Assembly: GCA_964016885.1 (NCBI GenBank)
Contig: OZ024744.1
Span: 69,068,001-69,132,000, forward strand
Direction: 5' to 3'
Origin: Eledone cirrhosa
Lineage: Eukaryota
Length of the DNA: 64,000 nt
This document shows, piece by piece, positions 31,318-42,934 of this stretch. A program made the position numbers and the translations under genes. The notes under the pieces are model-generated. The model did no database searches. It was not told the DNA's origin and saw nothing but the letters and a program-made list of their open reading frames with translations. Position 1 is the stretch's first letter. Each line of letters starts with the position of its first letter.

Positions 31318-31544
31318 CTCTCCCTTTCTCTCTGTTTCTTTTTCTCAATAGATATTACAATATGTGTGCGTGTGTGTATGTATGTGTGTATATATTTAAA
31401 TATACATGTACATACATACACACACACACATATATATATATATACATACATATTTAAAGGTTAAATAAGGTTCAATGAATAAATCAAAGAATGAGTTTTA
31501 CAATAGATTGGAAGCACTCAGCAGAAAAAGGTTTCCGGAGTTAT

Positions 31545-31852
31545 TAATATTAATTCAAAATATTAACAAAATAGATATTCTTGTGATCAAGTATATTTTA
31601 TTATACATATTTCAGAGATACTGAATTAACTTCAACAGTACGTCCTCATTAGATAAAATAAGATGATGCATGACATACCTGACATAGTAGACTGAATCTT
31701 AACCATCTACTATGTCAAGGTATGTCATGCATCATCTTATTTTATCTGATGAGGACATACTGTTGAAGTTAACTCAGTACCTCTGAAATATGTATAATAA
31801 AATATACTTGATCACAAGAATATCTATTTTGTTAATATTTTGAATTAATATA
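31545..31852. mobile_element. Fold-back cassette, ~147-bp arms, HHR at 31738-31804; related to the pLTR of the PLE at 7104-9885
   Basis: Arms at about 31545-31691 and 31706-31852, aligning by eye to 9745-9880. Confidence 0.8.
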
Positions 31853-32064
31853 TATATATATATATATATACATATATGTATATACATATATAGATATACA
31901 TGTGTGTGTCTGTGTAAAGTTATTGAATAATACATAATTATGTACAACACAGCGTGCGTTATGAGACAATAGAATTTAATGAAAATCGAAAGACATCCTT
32001 GTAAATTTGTACTGATGAAATTATATTATTACAGAAAAATACACTAAAATTATTTATATTATAT

Positions 32065-32248
32065 AATTGTTTCTACTTTAGGCACAAGGCCAGCAATTAC
32101 CCAGTGCATTACTGGTACTTTATTCTATCGACCCCGTAAGGATGAAAGGCAAAGTCAACCTCGGCGGGATTTGAACTCAGATCGTAAAGGGACGTAACTA
32201 TGCTGGAAAGAATGGCGTCCGACCCTCTACCGATACTGCCAATCCACC
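32065..32248 (-). mobile_element. Same SINE family
   Basis: A/B boxes and central domain intact. Confidence 0.85.
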
Positions 32249-32283
32249 GTCTTGGATTATAATATAATAACTTAGTTAATGTC

Positions 32284-32515
32284 TTTCGCTATTGATCAGC
32301 TCAAGGTTCGATCTGTATCTTTGTGGCTCGACTCTCGAATCAAAAGTTCGTCGGACCTCTGCTGTAGTAATGATAGAATGAATATATAAGGCATATAAAT
32401 ATATTCATTCTGTCATTACTACAACAGAGATCCGACGAGCTTTTGATTCCAGAGTCAGGCTTGATCGATACAGATCCTACCTTGAGCTGATCAATTGCGA
32501 AACACGCGTCACCAA
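32284..32515. mobile_element. Fold-back cassette, ~100-bp arms, HHR-like motif with a U4C core and long helix II (32429-32513)
   Basis: CCGACGA-GC...GC-GAAA-CACGCG-TC-ACC. The left arm supplies GGT for helix I. Confidence 0.6.
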
Positions 32516-32615
32516 TTAATCTTAACTATAATAAAGGGAGGAGTACGGGACAACGTCCAGAATATATTTTTTGATCCCGTTAATAGAATAAGTTGGATAA
32601 CTTTGAATAAATAAT

Positions 32616-32800
32616 TGTTTCTACTTTTGGCACAAGGCCAGCAATTACCCAGTGCATTACTGGTACTTTATTTTATCGACCCCGTAAGGATGAAAGGCAA
32701 AGTTAACCTCGGCGGGATCTGAACTCAGAATGGCAAGGGCCGTAACTCTCTGCGTCAAAGCATGGCGTCCGACCCTATACCGATACTGCCAATCCACCGC
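32616..32800 (-). mobile_element. tRNA-derived SINE with a Deu/Nin-like central domain and a 15-bp TSD
   Basis: A box TGGCAGTATCGG, B box GAGTTCAGATCC, core GCCTTTCATCCTTACGGGGTCGATAAAATAAAGTACCAG, TSD CTTTGAATAAATAAT. Confidence 0.85.
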
Positions 32801-32957
32801 CCTTTGAATAAATAATGAATGAATATTATATAATTTATCTACTAAATTTTGTAACACATGATTAAAGATAGATAATTTTATTGCATATTTCAAGATTCAC
32901 TTCTTTTAAAAGATTCAAATTTCAATACTTCCGGTATATCGCCACCACCAGCACCAC

Positions 32958-33027
<70 letters not shown>

Positions 33028-33129
33028 GTGAGGTTCTTTTACAAAAGGAAAAAAAATGAGGTGTCCTACACGAGTGAAAGTATAAGGAAAAAAGATGAAA
33101 CCGAGTCTTTTTTTTTTTTTATATATTTA

Positions 33130-33248
33130 TTAGATTCCTTGAAACTAATGTTTCTGAGTATCACTCTTAATCAGTACAACTCACTGTTCACCTGTGAGCT
33201 GTACTGATGAAGGGTAATACCCAGAAACATTAGTGTCAAGGAACCTAA
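33130..33248. mobile_element. Fold-back cassette, ~55-bp arms, HHR core at 33204-33237
   Basis: CTGATGA-AGGGT(aat)ACCCA-GAAA-CATTAGTG-TC. Helix I is poor. Confidence 0.6.
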
Positions 33249-33278
33249 AAAAGATATTACCTCTGTAGTAATTTTTGA

Positions 33279-33690
33279 TTAAAGCCAGCACAATCGCAGC
33301 ATTACCCTGGGTGAAGGCGAGGCGGATGTACTGGAACAATTAAGCGCCCTCACGAGACCACCAGTTATCTCTGTTAGGCGAGCCGCTGGTGAAGATAAGA
33401 ATCTTGCAGTCAGTAGCCCGACTTCCCCAAACATCTCGAACGCCACAGGCTGGAAAATGTAGTTGGCCAACAGATCACAGTATTTTAGGATTTTGTTCTG
33501 TTCGTGGCTCTCGCCCTTACTGCTGCATCCAGGATGTGAGAAGAAGCAAAAGAGTCACTAACTGTGATGTCCCAGACATGGCATCTGCCTATTGACCAGG
33601 AGCATAGGGTAAGACCGTCAGGTTTTTTCTCATCAATTCCGGACAACCCAGACGGTTTCAAAATTGAGGGGGTGTTTGCCTGGGCCAAAG
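33279..33690 (-). pseudogene. Restriction-like endonuclease C-terminus of a CRE-like non-LTR retrotransposon
   Basis: KPSGLSGIDEKKPDGLTLCSW..G...VWDITVSDSFA, then YIFQPVAFEMFG...QGNAA, frameshifted. Confidence 0.7.
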
Positions 33691-33934
33691 CTCTTCAGTG
33701 GTAATAGGACAGTGTGTGTATGTGCGCGCACGTGAGTTTGTCGGCATTCTTAAATTAGAGACGTGTGCGTGTTCACGAGTGATGGAAGGCAGGATGCTAA
33801 ATTAAGTGCAAAAATTGCAAAATCTGGTGCAGTAATGCACCAGCTTCAGTATTCAATAATCAGAAGGGAGGGTAGGTGTAAAAGCCAAACTCGCTGACTT
33901 CCTGGTATTTCTGCCAACCCTTAACTAGGGTCAT

Positions 33935-34283
33935 GAAAGGGGTATAATTCGCTAAGGGAGGTAATTACCAGTGCCCGTAGAAAGTTTACTGCATTACTTA
34001 TGACCAGCTGGTACTGGTCATAAGTAATGCAGTAAACTTTCTACGGGCGCCGGTAATTACCTCCCTTAGCGAATTATACCCCTTTCGCCGTATTTATACC
34101 CATAACATCTAAAATCACAATGCATGGCGATGTGATATTATTATACCCTCTCAAGGTTTGTAATTAAGTACTTTGCTGTATGAGTATCTGCCTCCGACGA
34201 GCCCTCATGGGCGAAACACGTGTAAGAGCTATATAAAGATATGTTTTAACGGCTTGTAACTCTTTCGTTCACTCACTCTTTTG

Positions 34284-34286
<3 letters not shown>
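33935..34286 (+). mobile_element. pLTR-like fragment: a 152-bp hairpin (33935-34086), then an HHR (34190-34228), ending in (TA)n
   Basis: CT-CCGACGA-GCCC(tcat)GGGC-GAAA-CACGTG-TA-AG. Confidence 0.7.
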
Positions 34287-34325
<39 letters not shown>

Positions 34326-34450
34326 AACCAGTAAGACCCCTATAGGAACCAGTAAGACTCTTACTGGTTCCTATTACCCACTCTACTACCTCAAGTATTG
34401 AGTACTTTGGTGCGTTATGGTCCACCTGGTTCCTTACCACATTTCCTTCG

Positions 34451-34533
<83 letters not shown>

Positions 34534-34535
34534 CA

Positions 34536-34584
<49 letters not shown>

Positions 34585-34797
34585 CGTTTCTGAATTTGTT
34601 TAGCAAGATTCTTTATCTGAAATCGTGTGTTGAAACCGATATTGTTATACTTTGGGAGGGTCATGTTGCCAATAAGAAACACACGCACCAGTTGCTTTCA
34701 CTTCAATTTAATTTAATATATATTTATAAATTTACAAATTTATAAATTTCTGGTTGGTTGGTTGGTTCCACAACCAGATAGTTGTTTATATATATAT

Positions 34798-34842
34798 AGT
34801 CATAGTTCTTTCGTCACACACTCTGTGACCTCTTCAGTGACT
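34798..34842 (-). ncRNA. Minimal type I hammerhead ribozyme (copy in the inverted twin)
   Basis: Exact reverse complement of 41859-41903. Confidence 0.8.
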
Positions 34843-35117
34843 GGGGATTTCTTTCTTCGTTTCTGTGCCTTTCCTTTCTTCTATCCTACGCCATTTTGTT
34901 TGTGTGTGGGTTGCGTGCTCAGTTTGCGCATGCGCCACATCCGGGTGTCTGTGTGTGTTTGTGTTCATTTTTCTATTTTTCTATTTATATTTGTTTGTTT
35001 ATTTATTTATTTATTGTTGGTTGGTTGTTTGTTCTATGTGTGTGTGTGTTTTCATTTTGTGTGTGTTTTCAATTGTAAGTTGTTTGTTCTATGTGTGTGT
35101 GTGTTTTCATTTTGTCC

Positions 35118-37640
35118 TTAATTGTAAGTTGTGATGTTGCTGTTCCACTCATATTTTCTATTTAATTTTGGTTTTAATTCTTTTATGCTTACTGCCTCTG
35201 TAATTTGCCTAAACATTGCGTCTTTCTTGTGTGTGGATTCTATTTTTATTTCTATGCTCTCTAATTTACCCCTGTGTTCTATCTTAGCATGTTGGTAGAG
35301 CACAGATGATTCTTTACTATCTTGGAGGTCTCGCCAGTGTTCATTTATTCGTTCCCCTATACTACGAGCTGTCTCACCTATGTACACTATATTTTTGTTT
35401 CTACATTGTCCTTCAGTACATCTTATGCTATATACTACATTTCTAGTTTTACAGTTAATATGGGGGCTTATTTTACAGGTTATACATTTCTTATCTATAC
35501 ATGAGGGTCTTTGGAACGGGTATGTCTTGCTAGTAAGTGTTTTTACGGAGGTACCAGGTCTTTCTACTATCTTAATATTGAGATTATGTTTCTTTAGGGC
35601 CCTTCTAAATGTGTAGGCTAGTTCGCCTCTAGGGGTTGTATTGATGAACATTACACTCTGGTATTTATTGCTATCATACCATGAGTTTATTCTATTGGCC
35701 TTGTTCTTAGTTCTTTCTATTCTATTCCAAAATTTGCTCCTATACAAGGGGCAGGTCCCATTTATGTCATTATTTACCATTTTTTCCCATTTGGTTCTGG
35801 CTCCTTTATACACTCTGATTCTATCTCTCTGATTGTAGCCAGAGAACTGCATACGGTGGATGAAGTGTTGTATGTGTCTCTCTAGTTCTTCGGGGTTGCA
35901 CATGCGGGACACATTTCTCATCACCCGTATCAAATCCGCAATCAGTATGTTGATTTTGGTATGGTCCGAAATGGCCGAGTTTCGGTGGATCAGATGTTTG
36001 GAAGTCATGGGTTTGGCATAATGGGAATGGAGGATTTGTTTTTGGTTGTTAATAGTATCTAACCAGAGCTCTGTGTCTAGTACAGGTAATCGATGGTTGG
36101 GGTGTCTACTTGGGTAGTCTATAGTAACTCTAATGCTCTGGTGGATGGAGTTTGCTATTTGCTGGATGCTTTCCATTGTGTTTTTCTCTGGTTCCTGACT
36201 GTTCTTTAGTGGGGGTGTCTTAACTACGATGTTTATATCATCTACGTAGCGGGAGTACATTATCAGGGTTAAGCTGTCTTCTAATTGTTCTTTAAGTTTT
36301 TGTTTAAGTCTACTGTCCCACCATACCATGAACAAGTTAGCTATGTCGCCTGCAATGCTAACACCAATGGCTGCTCCTTCCTCTTGGGCATATGTTTTAC
36401 CATTAAATTTGAACATATGTTCCTTAAGGGTTAATTTTATGCTGGCCCCTACCGCATGTGCAATCATTTTCTTCAGTTCATCGTGGTTTTCGGGTGTCCG
36501 TATGGCTCTGGTCCACCCGTTCCATCTATCTGTGTGGGTTTTCTTGGCCATTGAGGTAATGGTAGGTGGTCTGCCTCTTGCTGGTCTTGTAGGGCACAGG
36601 TTGCTAAGGTCATAAGTGTCTAGGTAACTATTACTATGGGTAAGCTTAAGTAGAAGTCCCAGCTCACTGGTATCAATCCCACGGAACTCAACCTTGCTCT
36701 CGCTGATCATTTCGACGCATTTCTCCACAGCAAAATCCACGTCAATAGATGGATACAGGGACACAACATCCATACTGCCTATTATGCAGTTTGTTAGGTC
36801 CCCAGATCGGTTACCCGCGCCGATTCTGCTGAGGAGGTCCTCCGTGCTGTCACACACATCTGGGGACATCTCAATGATGGGGCGTATGATCAGGGAGAGG
36901 AAGTAGGACAGTCTGTAGTTACTAGCAATGTTAGCCCCACAGACTGGCCGTGTTGGTGGTCCCGCGACAGGGTCCCAGCCCGTTTTATGGTCTTTTCGAA
37001 GCCCATACAACGCCGGCACGTCATTGTTCCAGGCCTGGAAGTTGTTGGCAGTCCTTTTGTTGGGCTGCATTATATTTGTCCACATCACCATATGGGCATT
37101 GAGGGTTTTTTCTCTATCCTCATGCTCCTGTGGTGTTACCTCTCTTGTGTTAGTGATGTGGGGTTGCATTGCCTGGATGTAGTTTGGCAGGCTGTCAACC
37201 GACATTCTGCCAGACTTGTCTGTTGGAAAGCATGCTATCTCTCCATTACGCGAGCGCTGCATGAGCTTACGCAAGCCATTTGCAGATTCTTCTCCCAGTT
37301 GCTGGGCCTCTATTCTATTATGCTTCTTGCTATACTGTTCTATAATATTTCTAAGTTCGGATTTAGCTATACTAAATTGTGCTTCTGTTTGTTCATCGAC
37401 CTGCGACGGCAACTGCGTGCGTTTGTTAAATGGCAAAGTCGTGGCGTGGACTCGTCGTAGGTCGAATGATTTATCGGAGGGGTTATAAAACGGAGAGTTC
37501 CAGGCTGCTGCTTTATGTGTACTAGTGCTATTGTTAGTTGTGTTGTTTCTATTTCCACCAACAGCAGCAGCCTCAGCTTCATGGTTGTTTCTATGTCTCT
37601 CATAATTACTCCTGTCTCTTTCCACTGGCTCAATGTTGTT
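35118..37640 (-). CDS. Uninterrupted PLE RT + GIY-YIG reading frame (N-terminally truncated)
   Basis: 846-aa open frame with YVDD and VVY...YIG motifs. Its apparent start (37658) is created by the junction with the TA tract. Confidence 0.9.
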   Translation of the reverse strand, partial: NNIEPVERDRSNYERHRNNHEAEAAAVGGNRNNTTNNSTSTHKAAAWNSPFYNPSDKSFDLRRVHATTLPFNKRTQLPSQVDEQTEAQFSIAKSELRNIIEQYSKKHNRIEAQQLGEESANGLRKLMQRSRNGEIACFPTDKSGRMSVDSLPNYIQAMQPHITNTREVTPQEHEDREKTLNAHMVMWTNIMQPNKRTANNFQAWNNDVPALYGLRKDHKTGWDPVAGPPTRPVCGANIASNYRLSYFLSLIIRPIIEMSPDVCDSTEDLLSRIGAGNRSGDLTNCIIGSMDVVSLYPSIDVDFAVEKCVEMISESKVEFRGIDTSELGLLLKLTHSNSYLDTYDLSNLCPTRPARGRPPTITSMAKKTHTDRWNGWTRAIRTPENHDELKKMIAHAVGASIKLTLKEHMFKFNGKTYAQEEGAAIGVSIAGDIANLFMVWWDSRLKQKLKEQLEDSLTLIMYSRYVDDINIVVKTPPLKNSQEPEKNTMESIQQIANSIHQSIRVTIDYPSRHPNHRLPVLDTELWLDTINNQKQILHSHYAKPMTSKHLIHRNSAISDHTKINILIADLIRVMRNVSRMCNPEELERHIQHFIHRMQFSGYNQRDRIRVYKGARTKWEKMVNNDINGTCPLYRSKFWNRIERTKNKANRINSWYDSNKYQSVMFINTTPRGELAYTFRRALKKHNLNIKIVERPGTSVKTLTSKTYPFQRPSCIDKKCITCKISPHINCKTRNVVYSIRCTEGQCRNKNIVYIGETARSIGERINEHWRDLQDSKESSVLYQHAKIEHRGKLESIEIKIESTHKKDAMFRQITEAVSIKELKPKLNRKYEWNSNITTYN

Positions 37641-37775
37641 ATATATATATATAAACAACTATCTGGTTGTGGAACCAACCAACCAACCAGAAATTTATAA
37701 ATTTGTAAATTTATAAATATATATTAAATTAAATTGAAGTGAAAGCAACTGGTGCGTGTGTTTCTTATTGGCAAC

Positions 37776-40005
37776 ATGACCCTCCCAAAGTATAACAATA
37801 TCGGTTTCAACACACGATTTCAGATAAAGAATCTTGCTAAACAAATTCAGAAACGAAATATCGTAAGCCTTAGCCAGGCTAACAAGATACTGAAAACCAC
37901 CATGTTCTGTTGTCTACGAAAAACCATAACATCTCGACAACTACACTTCATAAAACTGTGCACCACTTCTAGAATCTACACCAACACCATCAATACCGAC
38001 GTTAGAAGATTACAACTCACCAAAAAACAAGCAGATAGGCTAAAACGAACTTTAATTCTAAACATAAAAAAGAAGATCTATAGAGAATTAAGTCATCAAG
38101 AAAAACTAAAGCGTAACCTAATAGATGAAATATCTAAAATCACCACACCAGCAGAAAAACTAACATTTATAAGCCTTATACGCCCCGAAGAACAGTACAT
38201 TACTCAAGAATGTAATAAGCACTTTAACAGAAAATTAAAGTGGCTTAAACAGGCAAAGCTAAATCGGGATACTATAGAGTATACCAATAGATATCCCGAC
38301 AAAATTGACGGTATCAACATGGCCGACACCTCATTATCTGAAGAGTTCAACGATGAAAATACCAACATTTATGGAAACACGAAAATAGATAATAATGAAA
38401 TGTCTGTGTTACGTCTGCCACCCAAATTTGCGACATTCAAGAAGGTAAATATGATTAGTTGTCTGTCAGAAATAGAAAAATCATTTACGAAACTACGCTG
38501 GAGCATCAAAAACAAAAACAAAAGCAACAATATACGCACACACATATACAACACACATCCCAACAACAACAGACACACAGACACAAACAACAATAACAAC
38601 AACAATAGCAACATACCCAGATACAACACCAACAATAGCAACATACCCAGATACAACAGACACGCAGACACAAACAACAATAACAACACACACGGAGACA
38701 ACAATAACAACAACACACACATCAACAACAACAACAACAGCAACATACCCAGATACAACAACAACAGACACGCAAACACAAACAACAATAACAACACACA
38801 CAACAACGATAACACACACACACACGGAGACAACAACACACATCAACAACAACACACATCAACAACAACAACACACACACATTCAATGCCTCTCACCACC
38901 ACTACAATCTTAACAAACACACAGACACAGAAAACAAGTAATGACAGTAGCACAGAAATCAGAGAAATAAGAGAAAGTAATAGGATTAAAAGGAGTAGGG
39001 AGACTAAGGACAAAGAGAATAACCAAGACGAACACACAGACACACAAAATAGGGTAGATAACAACATTGAGCCAGTGGAAAGAGACAGGAGTAATTATGA
39101 GAGACATAGAAACAACCATGAAGCTGAGGCTGCTGCTGTTGGTGGAAATAGAAACAACACAACTAACAATAGCACTAGTACACATAAAGCAGCAGCCTGG
39201 AACTCTCCGTTTTATAACCCCTCCGATAAATCATTCGACCTACGACGAGTCCACGCCACGACTTTGCCATTTAACAAACGCACGCAGTTGCCGTCGCAGG
39301 TCGATGAACAAACAGAAACACAATTTAGTATAGCTAAATCCGAACTTAGAAATATTATAGAACAGTATAGCAAGAAGCATAATAGAATAGAGGCCCAGCA
39401 ACTGGGAGAAGAATCTGCAAATGGCTTGCGTAAGCTCATGCAGCGCTCGCGTAATGGAGAGATAGCATGCTTTCCAACAGACAAATCTGGCAGAATGTCG
39501 GTTGACAGCCTGCCAAACTACATCCAGGCAATGCAACCCCACATCACTAACACAAGAGAGGTAACACCACAGGAGCATGAGGATAGAGAAAAAAACCCTC
39601 AATGCCCATATGGTGATGTGGACAAATATAATGCAGCCCAACAAAAGGACTGCCAACAACTTCCAGGCCTGGAACAATGACGTGCCGGCGTTGTATGGGC
39701 TTCGAAAAGACCATAAAACGGGCTGGGACCCTGTCGCGGGACCACCAACACGGCCAGTCTGTGGGGCTAACATTGCTAGTAACTACAGACTGTCCTACTT
39801 CCTCTCCCTGATCATACGCCCCATCATTGAGATGTCCCCAGATGTGTGTGACAGCACGGAGGACCTCCTCAGCAGAATCGGCGCGGGTAACCGATCTGGG
39901 GACCTAACAAACTGCATAATAGGCAGTATGGATGTTGTGTCCCTGTATCCATCTATTGACGTGGATTTTGCTGTGGAGAAATGCGTCGAAATGATCAGCG
40001 AGAGC

Positions 40006-40049
<44 letters not shown>

Positions 40050-41583
40050 GTATATATATATATATATATATACATTATATATATATTATGACCTTAGCAA
40101 CCTGTGCCCTACAAGACCAGCAAGAGGCAGACCACCTACCATTACCTCAATGGCCAAGAAAACCCACACAGATAGATGGAACGGGTGGACCAGAGCCATA
40201 CGGACACCCGAAAACCACGATGAACTGAAGAAAATGATTGCACATGCGGTAGGGGCCAGCATAAAATTAACCCTTAAGGAACATATGTTCAAATTTAATG
40301 GTAAAACATATGCCCAAGAGGAAGGAGCAGCCATTGGTGTTAGCATTGCAGGCGACATAGCTAACTTGTTCATGGTATGGTGGGACAGTAGACTTAAACA
40401 AAAACTTAAAGAACAATTAGAAGACAGCTTAACCCTGATAATGTACTCCCGCTACGTAGATGATATAAACATCGTAGTTAAGACACCCCCACTAAAGAAC
40501 AGTCAGGAACCAGAGAAAAACACAATGGAAAGCATCCAGCAAATAGCAAACTCCATCCACCAGAGCATTAGAGTTACTATAGACTACCCAAGTAGACACC
40601 CCAACCATCGATTACCTGTACTAGACACAGAGCTCTGGTTAGATACTATTAACAACCAAAAACAAATCCTCCATTCCCATTATGCCAAACCCATGACTTC
40701 CAAACATCTGATCCACCGAAACTCGGCCATTTCGGACCATACCAAAATCAACATACTGATTGCGGATTTGATACGGGTGATGAGAAATGTGTCCCGCATG
40801 TGCAACCCCGAAGAACTAGAGAGACACATACAACACTTCATCCACCGTATGCAGTTCTCTGGCTACAATCAGAGAGATAGAATCAGAGTGTATAAAGGAG
40901 CCAGAACCAAATGGGAAAAAATGGTAAATAATGACATAAATGGGACCTGCCCCTTGTATAGGAGCAAATTTTGGAATAGAATAGAAAGAACTAAGAACAA
41001 GGCCAATAGAATAAACTCATGGTATGATAGCAATAAATACCAGAGTGTAATGTTCATCAATACAACCCCTAGAGGCGAACTAGCCTACAAATTTAGAAGG
41101 GCCCTAAAGAAACATAATCTCAATATTAAGATAGTAGAAAGACCTGGTACCTCCGTAAAAACACTTACTAGCAAGACATACCCGTTCCAAAGACCCTCAT
41201 GTATAGATAAGAAATGTATAACCTGTAAAATAAGCCCCCATATTAACTGTAAAACTAGAAATGTAGTATATAGCATAAGATGTACTGAAGGACAATGTAG
41301 AAACAAAAATATAGTGTACATAGGTGAGACAGCTCGTAGTATAGGGGAACGAATAAATGAACACTGGCGAGACCTCCAAGATAGTAAAGAATCATCTGTG
41401 CTCTACCAACATGCTAAGATAGAACACAGGGGTAAATTAGAGAGCATAGAAATAAAAATAGAATCCACACACAAGAAAGACGCAATGTTTAGGCAAATTA
41501 CAGAGGCAGTAAGCATAAAAGAATTAAAACCAAAATTAAATAGAAAATATGAGTGGAACAGCAACATCACAACTTACAATTAA
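37776..41583 (+). CDS. Penelope-like element polyprotein (RT + GIY-YIG endonuclease), Naiad-like; split by a 1-nt frameshift in the A-run near 39590 and carrying a TA-tract substitution at about 40010-40086
   Basis: ORFs 37752..39680 and 39577..41583 overlap, and the first ATG is at 37776. Motifs: PTDKSG, LYGLRKDHK, SMDVVSLYPSI, GAAIGVSIAGDIANLFMVWWD, YSRYVDDI, the Cys-rich linker CIDKKCITC...C, and GIY-YIG NVVYSIRC...VYIGETARSIGERINEH. The inverted twin has 6 A (as T6) where this copy has 7. The clade call is recalled from motif style, not from a phylogeny. Confidence 0.93.
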
Positions 41584-41858
41584 GGACAAAATGAAAACAC
41601 ACACACACATAGAACAAACAACTTACAATTGAAAACACACACAAAATGAAAACACACACACACATAGAACAAACAACCAACCAACAATAAATAAATAAAT
41701 AAACAAACAAATATAAATAGAAAAATAGAAAAATGAACACAAACACACACAGACACCCGGATGTGGCGCATGCGCAAACTGAGCACGCAACCCACACACA
41801 AACAAAATGGCGTAGGATAGAAGAAAGGAAAGGCACAGAAACGAAGAAAGAAATCCCC

Positions 41859-41903
41859 AGTCACTGAAGAGGTCACAGAGTGTGTGACGAAAGAACTATG
41901 ACT
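41859..41903 (+). ncRNA. Minimal type I hammerhead ribozyme in the PLE pLTR
   Basis: AGTCA-CTGAAGA-G-GTCACA(gagtg)TGTGAC-GAAA-GAAC-TA-TGACT. Helix I is AGTCA/TGACT, with predicted cleavage after 41898. Confidence 0.8.
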
Positions 41904-42054
41904 ATATATATATAAACAACTATCTGGTTGTGGAACCAACCAACCAACCAGAAATTTATAAATTTGTAAATTTATAAATATATATTAAATTAAATTGAAG
42001 TGAAAGCAACTGGTGCGTGTGTTTCTTATTGGCAACATGACCCTCCCAAAGTAT

Positions 42055-42097
<43 letters not shown>

Positions 42098-42429
42098 TGT
42101 ATGTAAGTGTGTATGTATGAATTTATTTGCAAAATGCAAATAGAAATAACAAAGCAAAGAAAACAGTACAATGAAGAAATATATCAGTTTTATATAAGAG
42201 TGTTAATGTTTCGGTCGCTAGTCCTTCATCAGAAAATAGAATGAGAAATTAAAGAAATAGAAAAATAGAGGAGACGGGACAGTGGCAGAGACGGTGAAAA
42301 AAATTATTTGAGCAAAAACAGGTCTATTGAAGTTGGCATCACTTGGAAAGCACACACACACACACATAAATAATCAGACACACATACATAGACACTCACA
42401 AACACACACACATACACACACACACACAA

Positions 42430-42470
<41 letters not shown>

Positions 42471-42489
42471 TTCACACACACATACATAG

Positions 42490-42532
<43 letters not shown>

Positions 42533-42587
42533 AACCAGTAAGACCCCGACAGCTGAGCTCAAGCCGTTTCGACGGCTAATTCTTCGT

Positions 42588-42664
<77 letters not shown>

Positions 42665-42840
42665 GGTGTCCCAAAAATATATATATATATATGCCGGGTG
42701 TCCCAAAAATATATATATATATATATATATATATGCCGGGTGTCCCAAAAATGTATACACACTTTGATTACGCAATATTTATTAGAATGCTGTTGAAATA
42801 TGTATACATTTGTTTGGAACACTCTTTATATATATGTGTG

Positions 42841-42895
<55 letters not shown>

Positions 42896-42903
42896 TATGT
42901 ATG

Positions 42904-42934
<31 letters not shown>

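Larger units (their letters stand above)
34581..37640 (-). mobile_element. 5'-truncated inverted twin of the same PLE, 3' end in (TA)n
   Basis: Reverse complement of about 39058-42060, plus about 60 nt more of pLTR tail. Paired ORF coordinates sum to a constant 76700-76701. Confidence 0.93.
37641..42060 (+). mobile_element. Full-length Penelope-like retroelement with direct pseudo-LTR repeats (about 37643-37800 and 41903-42060), 3' end in (TA)n
   Basis: The sequence TATAAACAACTATCTGGTTG...CCCAAAGTATAACAAT occurs at both ends. An HHR lies at 41859-41903, and a (TA)n run follows 42060. Confidence 0.92.

Noticed and set aside
32616-32800. tRNA genes suggested by A/B boxes
   Set aside because: No cloverleaf. 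These are SINE heads.
35118-41583. Selenoprotein-type (in-frame UGA) Naiad
   Set aside because: Both copies read through RT and GIY-YIG without in-frame TGA.
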